56,194 bases of DNA from Terrimicrobiaceae bacterium (GTDB taxonomy: Bacteria; Verrucomicrobiota; Verrucomicrobiia; Chthoniobacterales; Terrimicrobiaceae), in assembly GCA_036525175.1 (NCBI GenBank), contig DATDAX010000076.1:1-56194 (forward strand), written 5' to 3'. Under the pieces are notes generated by a model that saw only the letters and a list, made by a program, of their open reading frames with translations, did not search any database and was not told where the DNA came from. How positions within the stretch are numbered: the stretch's first letter is position 1; each line of letters starts with the position of its first letter. Made by a program: the position numbers and the translations under genes. Below, piece after piece: positions 44,747 to 53,600 of this stretch.

Positions 44747-47700
44747 ATGAGTAACGTCCTTCTGGTTCCGATGCACCTGGATGCCCTCTGTCTCAAAACT
44801 GATCTGTCCGTTGTCGAGGCAAAGGTCGATTTTTCCCGGATGCCCTACTGGGATGGGACACGCGAAATCAACCACGATGTCGCCAACATCAGTGAAGAAC
44901 TCCTCGCTCGCCCCTTTGAAGACCGTGGGCTGCAGCTCAAGGCGGGTGTTCACCTCCATTGGGCGCTGCCGGATGCCCTAACCAAAGGCGTGATTGCGGA
45001 AAACTGCACGAGCTTCTCGGCTGTCCCCAACCGCTGGCTGGTCACCAGAAGCAGGCTAGATGAAGATGGGAAGGAGCGTCTGGAGCGCCAGTGGATTGTT
45101 GAGAGCGATTATCTCTATCCTGATGACGTAGGCGCGCTGTCAGGCAGTATCGCGATTCCTTTTCCTGCCGAGAAAGACCACCCGCCGTTCCGCTACCTGG
45201 GGCGCAAAATGTCTTTCAACGCCTGGACAGAAGCCACCGCAGAGGGCGCGACAGGGAAATATCTCGGCGCGTTGGGGTATCAACTGACGGCCCTTGGATA
45301 TCAGCATAAAGCACTGCATACCATGGCGACGGCGCCAGGTCGCGGCTATGCTGAGCCCACTTTTGCGGCCTTTTACCCCAATTGTCAGAGTGTCTTCGGC
45401 TTTCATGATGCCGATCCCCCGGCAACGTTACGGGGCGTACAGTACGACGTCATGGGTTGGTACAGCGATCCCACCCAAGACTGTCTGCGAGCCATAGAAA
45501 CTCTGATACAGGAGCGCGCAAAGATCACGAAGGAAGCCCTCACCCTCAAGGCAGCCCTCCAGGAAGTCTATCAATGGGACATGACGGCGGACGCCCAAGC
45601 GCATATCATTCCGGACTCAACGGTGTGTTATGCCCGCCTCACCATCGAGACGGGCACCCCGCCCTCTTGTGTACGTCAGGACAAACCCGTGACGATTGCG
45701 GTAGGGAATACGAGCACCCAGGCGCTGTCAGCCTATATGGCCCATACGCTGGCCCCAGCGCTGAAGATGAGCCCGTCACGTCTCGAGGAACAGTTGGAAG
45801 CGCTCCATCTCGCCTCGCGGTTAGGCGCCAGGAAATTGGACATCGGACCAAAATTCGAGGAAGCGCGACACGAACGAGGGTTTACGGCGGTGCCGGCCGG
45901 CACCCTATGGACCATTCGTCAGGTAAGCGCCAGCCCCCACCCCCCCGATGCCACCGGAGACACCCCGCAAGAAACGCTTCCCGACGAGCTGGCACACTCG
46001 CTGAACGCCCTGAATCTTGTGCAGATGGCCTATGACCAGGCCGGCCACGATCTGGAGTCGATGCAGAAGCAACTCTTTGCCGACTGGTATAAATACATGC
46101 TGTGTGCCTATCCTCCCGATGACACCAGGGATGATTATCCGGACATTGATGAGGTGCGCTATTTCATCGAAAAAAATGATCTCGTGCCGATCACGCGCCA
46201 ACAGGGGAAACGCCAGGTGTTGCGATCGCAATGCCGGCGACTGCATGCACAGGTCGCGGCAAAGGTCCAAGAGTATCAGGAGCGGACGAAGAAACCCTAT
46301 GCATTGCAACCACGCCCGGCACCCCGCTACTGGCGACCGCATGAACCCGTGCTGCTTATCGTGGATGAGGAGATACCGCCGACCACACGCCATGGGCAGG
46401 ACGGGCGCTTGCATCCGGAGGGCTTGCTCACATGTCACGTGCAGTCCGTCAACGCCGCTGACATCAAAACACAGCTTGCTGCTCTCCGGGAGACCATAGG
46501 CACACTCCCGCTGAAGTTGGGAGAGGATGCCATCGGCTGGCACACCTGGACGGAGCAACCCTGGCATCCCTTTATCCTGGAATGGCGTGTGGAGCTAAGT
46601 CCCCTGGACGAGAAGAACAACCTGGACGCAAAGAAGCGAGCGTATGCCCCGGACTTCATTACCAGCAGTTATCAGTTGGAGGAAGACGCCGTCGACCTCG
46701 TTCTCAAGCCGGGCAAGGCGGCCGTCGAAAAGGCCGCGAGTACGTTCACCGGCAGCAGCCTGCTCACGCCACATGCCAAATTCCAGTTACAGAAGCAAAT
46801 CAAAGCGTTTTTGGCCCGAACAGGACGACAGGATGATGACCCGGTCACGCAAGCGATCCAGAAAGTGTCCCAAAAGCTCGACAGCCCCAGCTTCCACGCG
46901 GTCGCGCAATCACTGAATGGCTTCAACGAAGCCCTGCTGATGCACAAGCAAACCTTGCAATTGCCCATTGCCGACCCCTTGGGGTTTGAGGAGGCGCAGG
47001 ATTTTACCAAGGCAGTACACGATGCTGTAGGGCCAAGCAATCGCAGCGCCCCCCAACCGCAAAACGATTTCCACCCGATCCGCACCGGAGTCCTGAAGAT
47101 TCATGCGCTACGTGTAGTCGATACCTTCGGCCGCGTGCAAAATCTGACCTTGCACGACGACAAGGTGATGGCCACCGAGATCATGACCACCCCCGCGAAT
47201 CCGCATTTGGTCTTGTTGCCACCGCGTCTGGCGCAACCGGCTCGCCTCAACTTCCGCTGGCTGGCGGCAGACCGCGGGGCTACCTCAGCCGACGATGAGC
47301 CGGAGATGAATGCCCATCCGGCGACCACCCCAGTGTGTGGCTGGTTGCTGCCGAACAATCTCGACAACAGCCTGATGGTGTACGACAACACCGGTCAGGC
47401 ATTAGGTTCCATAAGCGCGCGCGAGCGCAGATGGATACCGGCGCCGGGGACGTCGATCCTGCCGAATGCGCAGTGGAACGTGCACCTTAGGACGCTCGTC
47501 ACCCATGTGCTCCGCATGCCCGACCCATTTTTAGAGGATTTTCTGACCGGCATCGAGGTCGCGCTCGAACGCATCGACCCGGAAAACTTCGCTCAACACG
47601 AGGCCCTGGCGCTGCTCATGGGCCGGCCGATGGCGGTCGTCCGCGCGGTGGTCAACCTGGAATTGCGCGGCCAACCAGCCATTAATCAGCACTGGAACGT

Positions 47701-48526
47701 GTTTCGGACCGATATGGAGCGCGATCTGCAAGGCGAACTGACACAGCCTGGCGGCGGGCGGAACCAACCGGCCCAACGAGAAACCGATGCTGTCGGCGGG
47801 GTACGCTTTCCCATCCGCCTCGGCGACGATCGGCAGTTAAATGATGGGCTGGTCGGTTATTGGAAAGAGCAGTGGTCCAAAGATAGTGAGACGTACTCGT
47901 ATGAGAAGAACCGCTTCTATGTGCATGCGTGCGACAGTGCCGAGGTGTGCAAGATGGACCTCAGCAAACTGCCGCTAACCGCCAAGCAGAAGGACGATGT
48001 TGCTGATTTGTTGCGCCACGGACCGATGGTCAAGAAACACGACTTCGTGGCACGCCTTGCCGAGGGGGAGAGCATATGGACCTTGCTTTGTGAGAAGAAT
48101 GTGATCCGCGAAGTCGAGCGCAACCGGTACATCCACTACGCCGCGGATACGCCCGACCTCGCCCAGGCCATTGCCGACCCGCCGCAAAAGCTCACGATGC
48201 TGGTGGACCCGCGCGGTGTCGTGCATGCGACATGTGGCATTCTGCCCACGAAAGCGCTTGGCATTCCGCCCGATCAATATGCCAAGGCTTTACAGACCCT
48301 AGCCATCACCTTTCTCTCCGCTCCCATCCTCACTGGCGTGGGGGATAAGGTGCGCCTGCCGGTGCCGACGGAACCGGGTTATGTCTGGTCCTGGCTTGAA
48401 AAGCAACAGGGCGCCTGGTCCGAAAGCGCGCCCATCGGGCCGATGCCACTGGAGGCCACGTTTGCCGAAGCCCAGGCGATACGGGAAGGCTGGTTGAAAT
48501 TGACCAAAACACGGGAGGAAATATGA
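44747..48526 (+). CDS. 1259-aa orphan protein (no family recognised)
   Basis: Long uninterrupted ORF with protein-like composition and no signal peptide. Its stop overlaps the next gene's start (ATATGA at 48521-48526). Confidence 0.85.
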   Translation: MSNVLLVPMHLDALCLKTDLSVVEAKVDFSRMPYWDGTREINHDVANISEELLARPFEDRGLQLKAGVHLHWALPDALTKGVIAENCTSFSAVPNRWLVTRSRLDEDGKERLERQWIVESDYLYPDDVGALSGSIAIPFPAEKDHPPFRYLGRKMSFNAWTEATAEGATGKYLGALGYQLTALGYQHKALHTMATAPGRGYAEPTFAAFYPNCQSVFGFHDADPPATLRGVQYDVMGWYSDPTQDCLRAIETLIQERAKITKEALTLKAALQEVYQWDMTADAQAHIIPDSTVCYARLTIETGTPPSCVRQDKPVTIAVGNTSTQALSAYMAHTLAPALKMSPSRLEEQLEALHLASRLGARKLDIGPKFEEARHERGFTAVPAGTLWTIRQVSASPHPPDATGDTPQETLPDELAHSLNALNLVQMAYDQAGHDLESMQKQLFADWYKYMLCAYPPDDTRDDYPDIDEVRYFIEKNDLVPITRQQGKRQVLRSQCRRLHAQVAAKVQEYQERTKKPYALQPRPAPRYWRPHEPVLLIVDEEIPPTTRHGQDGRLHPEGLLTCHVQSVNAADIKTQLAALRETIGTLPLKLGEDAIGWHTWTEQPWHPFILEWRVELSPLDEKNNLDAKKRAYAPDFITSSYQLEEDAVDLVLKPGKAAVEKAASTFTGSSLLTPHAKFQLQKQIKAFLARTGRQDDDPVTQAIQKVSQKLDSPSFHAVAQSLNGFNEALLMHKQTLQLPIADPLGFEEAQDFTKAVHDAVGPSNRSAPQPQNDFHPIRTGVLKIHALRVVDTFGRVQNLTLHDDKVMATEIMTTPANPHLVLLPPRLAQPARLNFRWLAADRGATSADDEPEMNAHPATTPVCGWLLPNNLDNSLMVYDNTGQALGSISARERRWIPAPGTSILPNAQWNVHLRTLVTHVLRMPDPFLEDFLTGIEVALERIDPENFAQHEALALLMGRPMAVVRAVVNLELRGQPAINQHWNVFRTDMERDLQGELTQPGGGRNQPAQRETDAVGGVRFPIRLGDDRQLNDGLVGYWKEQWSKDSETYSYEKNRFYVHACDSAEVCKMDLSKLPLTAKQKDDVADLLRHGPMVKKHDFVARLAEGESIWTLLCEKNVIREVERNRYIHYAADTPDLAQAIADPPQKLTMLVDPRGVVHATCGILPTKALGIPPDQYAKALQTLAITFLSAPILTGVGDKVRLPVPTEPGYVWSWLEKQQGAWSESAPIGPMPLEATFAEAQAIREGWLKLTKTREEI

Positions 48527-51500
48527 GTACTGAGTTAGTACTTCACCTGGAACTCAATGGCTTCGAAGTCATAGACAAGGAGGAAATCGTCAAGGATGTG
48601 TCTCGCAAGCACCACGTAGGGACAGTGCACGGGCGTGTTGATATCGTTGCGGATGATACGTTCGGTGCGTGTGCCAGCTTTGATGGGAACGCCAGTAATC
48701 ATATAAGCATTCCCTCTGACAACTCCTTGAAGAACTCTGGCGATGTCACCGTTGAAGCGTGGGTGTACGTGAGCCAGGAGGCGTCTGGCTACTTCAGGGT
48801 CGTTGGCCGTGGGGGCTATCCGCAAGATTATAGCTTGTGGTGCGTCCAAGGCGGCGGGTGGTTATTTCAACGGTACGCGAGCATTCCACCTGGCAGTCCT
48901 CCTCCACCCACTGCTTCCGCTGCTGAGTGGCTTAACTGGACCATGAATCCTCAAGTCGTCAATGCGTCCTGCCAAATGGATTCGCCAACAAGGGCTTTGA
49001 ATACCTGGTACCACCTGGCAGGTGTGATTGAAGGGACGAAGGGCTCGCTCTACCTTCACGACCTGCAGGGAAAATGCATTGGATACAAAGAAGTACACGA
49101 TATGCCTTCGGGCCCGGCATTCGACACCGACGGGCCTCTCACGATCGGATATGGCCCCGGCCTGGACTTTCCTGCGCATACCGGCAGAATAGCCCACATC
49201 CGTGTCTATAACGGCGCCCGCTCCCAGGCGGAGATCGAACAGGGTATTGCCAGGGACCGCCTGGCGTTGGTGCCGTTCCGCAAAAGTCATCCGATTGATT
49301 TCCATCTGTACGACGATGACGACCAGGCGGTGCTGTACATCAGTGACGATCCGGCCGGGCACAACCTGCACCTGGAACTGCACAATACCTCGGCGCAGGT
49401 CATTCAATTGCACAACGGCCACGGCGCAGTAGCTTCGGAGGCCAATCACCATTTCGCCGTGCGCTTCCGTCCGGGCACGTTGTCCGACAGCACGCTCAAG
49501 GCGCTGGTCAACCCCCAGGAGCGGGGAAAAATCCTACAGCAGACCGAGCAATGGGAGGTATACTTCCCGCCCACACTGCCGGCAGCGAATGAGGCCGCCG
49601 CGCTGTACTTGCTCTATAAAGGACCGGCGAAAACCATCCAACCGGACGAGCGCCGCACGTTGACGCTGCAGCGAATGAGCGCCGCCCCGGGAAGCGGCGC
49701 GCGCGGCACGCAGGTGGAACTCCTGCCACATCAATTGACCGCTGCTGGCGGTGATGCCACACCGATTACCGGCAGCCGGACGCAATACGTACACATCACG
49801 AATCAACGCGGCCACAAGAACATCCCGTTGCATGTCTGGTTCGAGGGCGGCAACACTGTAGTGAATGATGGCGTCTCATCCACGCCCCTCACCTTGTGTA
49901 TCGGAAATGCTTCCGCCGATAGGGACATCACCCTGGACGCGACATCGCAATTCCTGATCTCATTTGATGTGGGGGACGGAGCAGATGCAGCGTGGACAAT
50001 GACACCGCATGAAAGCGAAGTGCACGTCAGGTATGAGCAGACAGAGCTACCATCAAAGCTTGCCGGGCAGGGCATAAGTAGACAATGGTCATTGAAGTTT
50101 CCTCTGGGGAAGGTCCTTCCGAAACGTGGTAGTGCAGGCACAGGACCTCTGAAAATTACGATAGAAGGCATTCGAACCTCCCCGCAGGCGTCCGGCCATG
50201 CGAATCTTTACGTGCAGTATGACCACATCCCTGGCTATCAGGACGGGCGGTTTATTCTGACGGTCGAAAAGAGCCCGCTCGTGTATGACAAAAAGGGAAA
50301 CGTGGCCATTGGCAAGCCCATCCAGAAGGTGGACATCCCAAAGGTCGATGTCGCCGGTACCGTCGTTGCCGACAGGCTTTCCGTCTCCCGGGATAACGCA
50401 CACCGCGGCGGGTTGTTTTTCGCCGGAGCGGGCGATTTCAATCATGCCCTCTACAACAATCACTCCAATCTGGATGGAGAAGGAACCTGGGATGGGGCGA
50501 AGTGGAATACATTCAAGGGGTTGAACATCCGGGTTGGAAATCGAAATGACAAACCATCAACCCTGCGATCGGCGCTTCTTATTGATGCCACAGGTCATGT
50601 CGGCATCGGGACGCCGACCCCCAAAAGCACCCTCTCCGTCGCCGGAGGGCTCGCGGTGGGGGCTACCTATGCTGAAACGAATGCCGCCCCAGCGAACAGC
50701 CTCATTGTGCAGGGTACCCTCGGCATCGGGACGCCGCAGCCGCAGGCAAAGCTGGAGATCGCCGGGGAGGCCACGGGGAACACCCCCTTGTTGATAGTCA
50801 GAAAAGGCGCGGCCAACTACCTGACCATATCCAATGATGGCAACGTCGGCATCGGGACGACAGACCCGAAGGCGGCTCTACAGATTGGGAATTTTGAGTC
50901 CGAGGATACATATCTCAAGGTTGCTGCTGGGCGCCTCCATCGAGCAGGCATCCAGTTCGAGTGCGGGCAACACAATGAATACTTCATTGAGTTTGAATCC
51001 GGGGGGCCATTCCGACCCGGGCTGCAATTCACCAAACATCGGCCCGACTACCCCAATGTGCCCAGGGTCGATTTTTTTCTGGATGGCGAGACCGGCAACG
51101 TCGGAATCGGGACACCACTGCCTGAGAAGAGGTTGGAGGTCCTCGCGGGCGAACTACGAGTGACGGCAAGACACAACAATCCAACCGCGGATATTGGAGC
51201 GTTTTACGACCCGCGTAAAGCCCGAGGGATCGGCATTGGCTATAACCAGATTGCATCGATTGGCAGTGATCTCAGTCAAGACATTCTCATGGTGCCGAAA
51301 GGACAAGGCATAGTACGTATAAAGGGACCTTTGGAGGTAAACGGAACTTTTCGGGTAAACGGCTTGCCAATATTCGACTATGGCAAGCGAATGAACCAGG
51401 ATGAACAAAAAAAATACGCGCGAATGTTAAAGGAGCCAACTTACCAACCGGGCACCTTCATTTTGTTCGTCCGGGACGACAAAAGCGATGACATTTGCTG

Positions 51501-51570
51501 CCTGGTGAAGAAATCGCACAATGAAGTGCGTCTCCTAAGCTTTTACTGCTCCGGCAACGATAATATATGA
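48523..51570 (+). CDS. LamG (concanavalin-A-like lectin) domain protein with C-terminal fibre-like G-x-[VL]-G-I-G-T repeats
   Basis: The N-terminus has FDG....I.IP......GDVTVEAWV...WYHLAGV..G..GSLYLHD...GRIAHIRVYNGARSQAEIEQ (Laminin_G_3 pattern). The C-terminal half has GHVGIGTPTPKSTLSV, GTLGIGTPQPQAKLEI, GNVGIGTTDPKAALQI and GNVGIGTPLPEKRLEV. Confidence 0.82.
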   Translation: MSTELVLHLELNGFEVIDKEEIVKDVSRKHHVGTVHGRVDIVADDTFGACASFDGNASNHISIPSDNSLKNSGDVTVEAWVYVSQEASGYFRVVGRGGYPQDYSLWCVQGGGWLFQRYASIPPGSPPPPTASAAEWLNWTMNPQVVNASCQMDSPTRALNTWYHLAGVIEGTKGSLYLHDLQGKCIGYKEVHDMPSGPAFDTDGPLTIGYGPGLDFPAHTGRIAHIRVYNGARSQAEIEQGIARDRLALVPFRKSHPIDFHLYDDDDQAVLYISDDPAGHNLHLELHNTSAQVIQLHNGHGAVASEANHHFAVRFRPGTLSDSTLKALVNPQERGKILQQTEQWEVYFPPTLPAANEAAALYLLYKGPAKTIQPDERRTLTLQRMSAAPGSGARGTQVELLPHQLTAAGGDATPITGSRTQYVHITNQRGHKNIPLHVWFEGGNTVVNDGVSSTPLTLCIGNASADRDITLDATSQFLISFDVGDGADAAWTMTPHESEVHVRYEQTELPSKLAGQGISRQWSLKFPLGKVLPKRGSAGTGPLKITIEGIRTSPQASGHANLYVQYDHIPGYQDGRFILTVEKSPLVYDKKGNVAIGKPIQKVDIPKVDVAGTVVADRLSVSRDNAHRGGLFFAGAGDFNHALYNNHSNLDGEGTWDGAKWNTFKGLNIRVGNRNDKPSTLRSALLIDATGHVGIGTPTPKSTLSVAGGLAVGATYAETNAAPANSLIVQGTLGIGTPQPQAKLEIAGEATGNTPLLIVRKGAANYLTISNDGNVGIGTTDPKAALQIGNFESEDTYLKVAAGRLHRAGIQFECGQHNEYFIEFESGGPFRPGLQFTKHRPDYPNVPRVDFFLDGETGNVGIGTPLPEKRLEVLAGELRVTARHNNPTADIGAFYDPRKARGIGIGYNQIASIGSDLSQDILMVPKGQGIVRIKGPLEVNGTFRVNGLPIFDYGKRMNQDEQKKYARMLKEPTYQPGTFILFVRDDKSDDICCLVKKSHNEVRLLSFYCSGNDNI

Positions 51571-51628
51571 TTAGGGATCGAGCACAGGCAATGAAGTCAG
51601 GGCCAAAGCGGCGCTCAGCGCCTGACCC

Positions 51629-51710
51629 GAATGGCGCTAAGATAAGCGAGCTTTGGGAGGAAATTCCTCAGTGTGACGGATCGAAAACGGCCCTTATCTT
51701 AGCGCCATTC
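51629..51710. repeat. 18-bp perfect inverted repeat (46-nt spacer) bracketed by an 11-bp direct repeat
   Basis: gaatggcgctaagataag (51629-51646) is the reverse complement of cttatcttagcgccattc (51693-51710). gcgcctgaccc occurs at 51618-51628 and again at 51711-51721. Confidence 0.9.
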
Positions 51711-51766
51711 GCGCCTGACCCCATTGTGGTGAGGCACCTGTGTTATCTCAACGATAAGGATTAACT

Positions 51767-53428
51767 ATGTACCACCCATTGGTCCATCTTTTAGATCTAT
51801 GCACTTTCTCCTATCAATTGCATAGCCAGACGCTGATCTGGCCTATGGATCCTTATTATGATCAGTTGTCAGGAGAATCAGATAGTCTCCGAAACAGTTT
51901 CATGGCCAAGGTGCACCAGGTGGCTACTCCGTCCAACTACCCTGGATTGCGTGGTCCTAATAGCCTCAATAGTTCGCCGACATCGAACCGAGAACTGGAT
52001 CCGATCATTTCCGATTATTCCCAAATCAACCCATGGCGCCCAAGTCTTACAAGACCTAACAGGGAAGTAGAAGGGTGGATTTTGTACAATACGCCTCGAG
52101 AGATTACTGACCGGATTAATAAAGTCTCTATGGTTCGCTATGATCCCGCATGGAACCCCTTACTCTACGAAATACAAGCTCCACGACCAGCATCAGTACC
52201 AGCAGGGAGAGACTTGTTGTACTGCTTTGAGGGAGGAACCGGAGGTATTCTACGAAACGATAAGGCACCAGCATGGAGCATGATGGGGTTGGTGTTAGCG
52301 AGGGAGGATGACACCGCCCCAGTCCCGCCTGCCCACCGCCCGTATGACTTATACATTGTATTTCGGGGAAGTCGCAGTGGTGACCCAAGGGCAATAACAG
52401 CATTGAGGACAGAACGCGGCAATCCCGACTGGGTAACGGACATGGACTTCGGATTCGGCAGTGGCATGGTCACAAATATTCCGGAAATTAGCGCGATAGG
52501 TAGTGTTAGTCCCGGGTTTGCGGCCAGCGTGCATACAATGCTGCCCACCATCATGGAATGTCTAGAGGGTATTCAGGCGGAAAAAAAGTACGCACCTAGG
52601 ACGATTTATGTCACCGGGCATAGTCTGGGAGCGGCACTGGCGGTGCATTTTACCAGTTCAGTACTGCTGGGCACGACGTATGGTCATAATAGCATTCCAA
52701 CGAGCATGCCAGCGAGTATCCAAAAGTGGCCATGGAGTACCATACAGTTGGTTCCGTTTGCCTTGCCTGTTGTTGGAGGCAAGACCTTTCAGCAGGCTTT
52801 TGACATAACGCTAGCAAGTCGCCGAGTCTATCTTACGGGGGACCCTGTCACGCAAACCACGAGACTGTATCCAGTGGGTATTGAGTATGAAATTATCCCG
52901 GAAGATTTCATGGATGTCTCAAGAAGAGGTCTAGCCGTTAGTGCTCTTCGTCATGAACCTTATAACATACGTTATTATTTAATCAAAGACTTACAGAAAC
53001 TAGGATTTCTGCCTAAGCATTTGCCCGCCGGGCCTCTTACTCAGGAGCCCTGGAAAATCTTTAAAACTTTCAAGGATGTGTTAGCGGAACCATGGGATGG
53101 GAATGCGAATGGTCAGGTCAGTCAGATCCTTGGAATGAAGTTCAATGACCGACTTATACAATATTTAGACGTTCTTGAGGTCATTGGGAAGCGCGATAGC
53201 CAGAGACAATACATAAGCAAGCTGCGTATGGCGATCTTGAACGCCAACATCCAAGGGTTTGATCCGTCGATTCATCCTTTATATTACGAACCTAAGCAAC
53301 TGTTCACATCTGAGCTCGCTCAATTTTTCGGTTTGTGCCTTTTTTTAACTCAGGCCACAAAGGAGACGTATGCAAAAATGGTTAAATTATTGACGATAAT
53401 GCCATACAATGGCCTTCCATTGCAATAA
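51767..53428 (+). CDS. Class-3 lipase family (alpha/beta hydrolase) protein
   Basis: Contains LYIVFRGSRS and YVTGHSLGAALAV (Ser codon 52622-52624). Has no signal peptide and is markedly more AT-rich than the surrounding genes. Confidence 0.82.
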   Translation: MYHPLVHLLDLCTFSYQLHSQTLIWPMDPYYDQLSGESDSLRNSFMAKVHQVATPSNYPGLRGPNSLNSSPTSNRELDPIISDYSQINPWRPSLTRPNREVEGWILYNTPREITDRINKVSMVRYDPAWNPLLYEIQAPRPASVPAGRDLLYCFEGGTGGILRNDKAPAWSMMGLVLAREDDTAPVPPAHRPYDLYIVFRGSRSGDPRAITALRTERGNPDWVTDMDFGFGSGMVTNIPEISAIGSVSPGFAASVHTMLPTIMECLEGIQAEKKYAPRTIYVTGHSLGAALAVHFTSSVLLGTTYGHNSIPTSMPASIQKWPWSTIQLVPFALPVVGGKTFQQAFDITLASRRVYLTGDPVTQTTRLYPVGIEYEIIPEDFMDVSRRGLAVSALRHEPYNIRYYLIKDLQKLGFLPKHLPAGPLTQEPWKIFKTFKDVLAEPWDGNANGQVSQILGMKFNDRLIQYLDVLEVIGKRDSQRQYISKLRMAILNANIQGFDPSIHPLYYEPKQLFTSELAQFFGLCLFLTQATKETYAKMVKLLTIMPYNGLPLQ

Positions 53429-53600
53429 TGAGAACAAAGAAACTACAGTTCAAGCGTGCTATTGTTCTGTACCTATGGGTAAACATCCAGTTTGAGCACG
53501 ATTCCTGGGAGCTGGTGCATGGATAGCGCGCATAACCATGTGGCGTACCAGTACGTGTGCAGGTGCGCATGAAGGACATCTCCTGCCAAAAGGCTACGCA

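Noticed and set aside
51567-51764. 65-aa ORF filling the LamG-lipase spacer.
   Set aside because: It is built almost entirely from the inverted and direct repeat element, has no Shine-Dalgarno sequence and has an implausible sequence.
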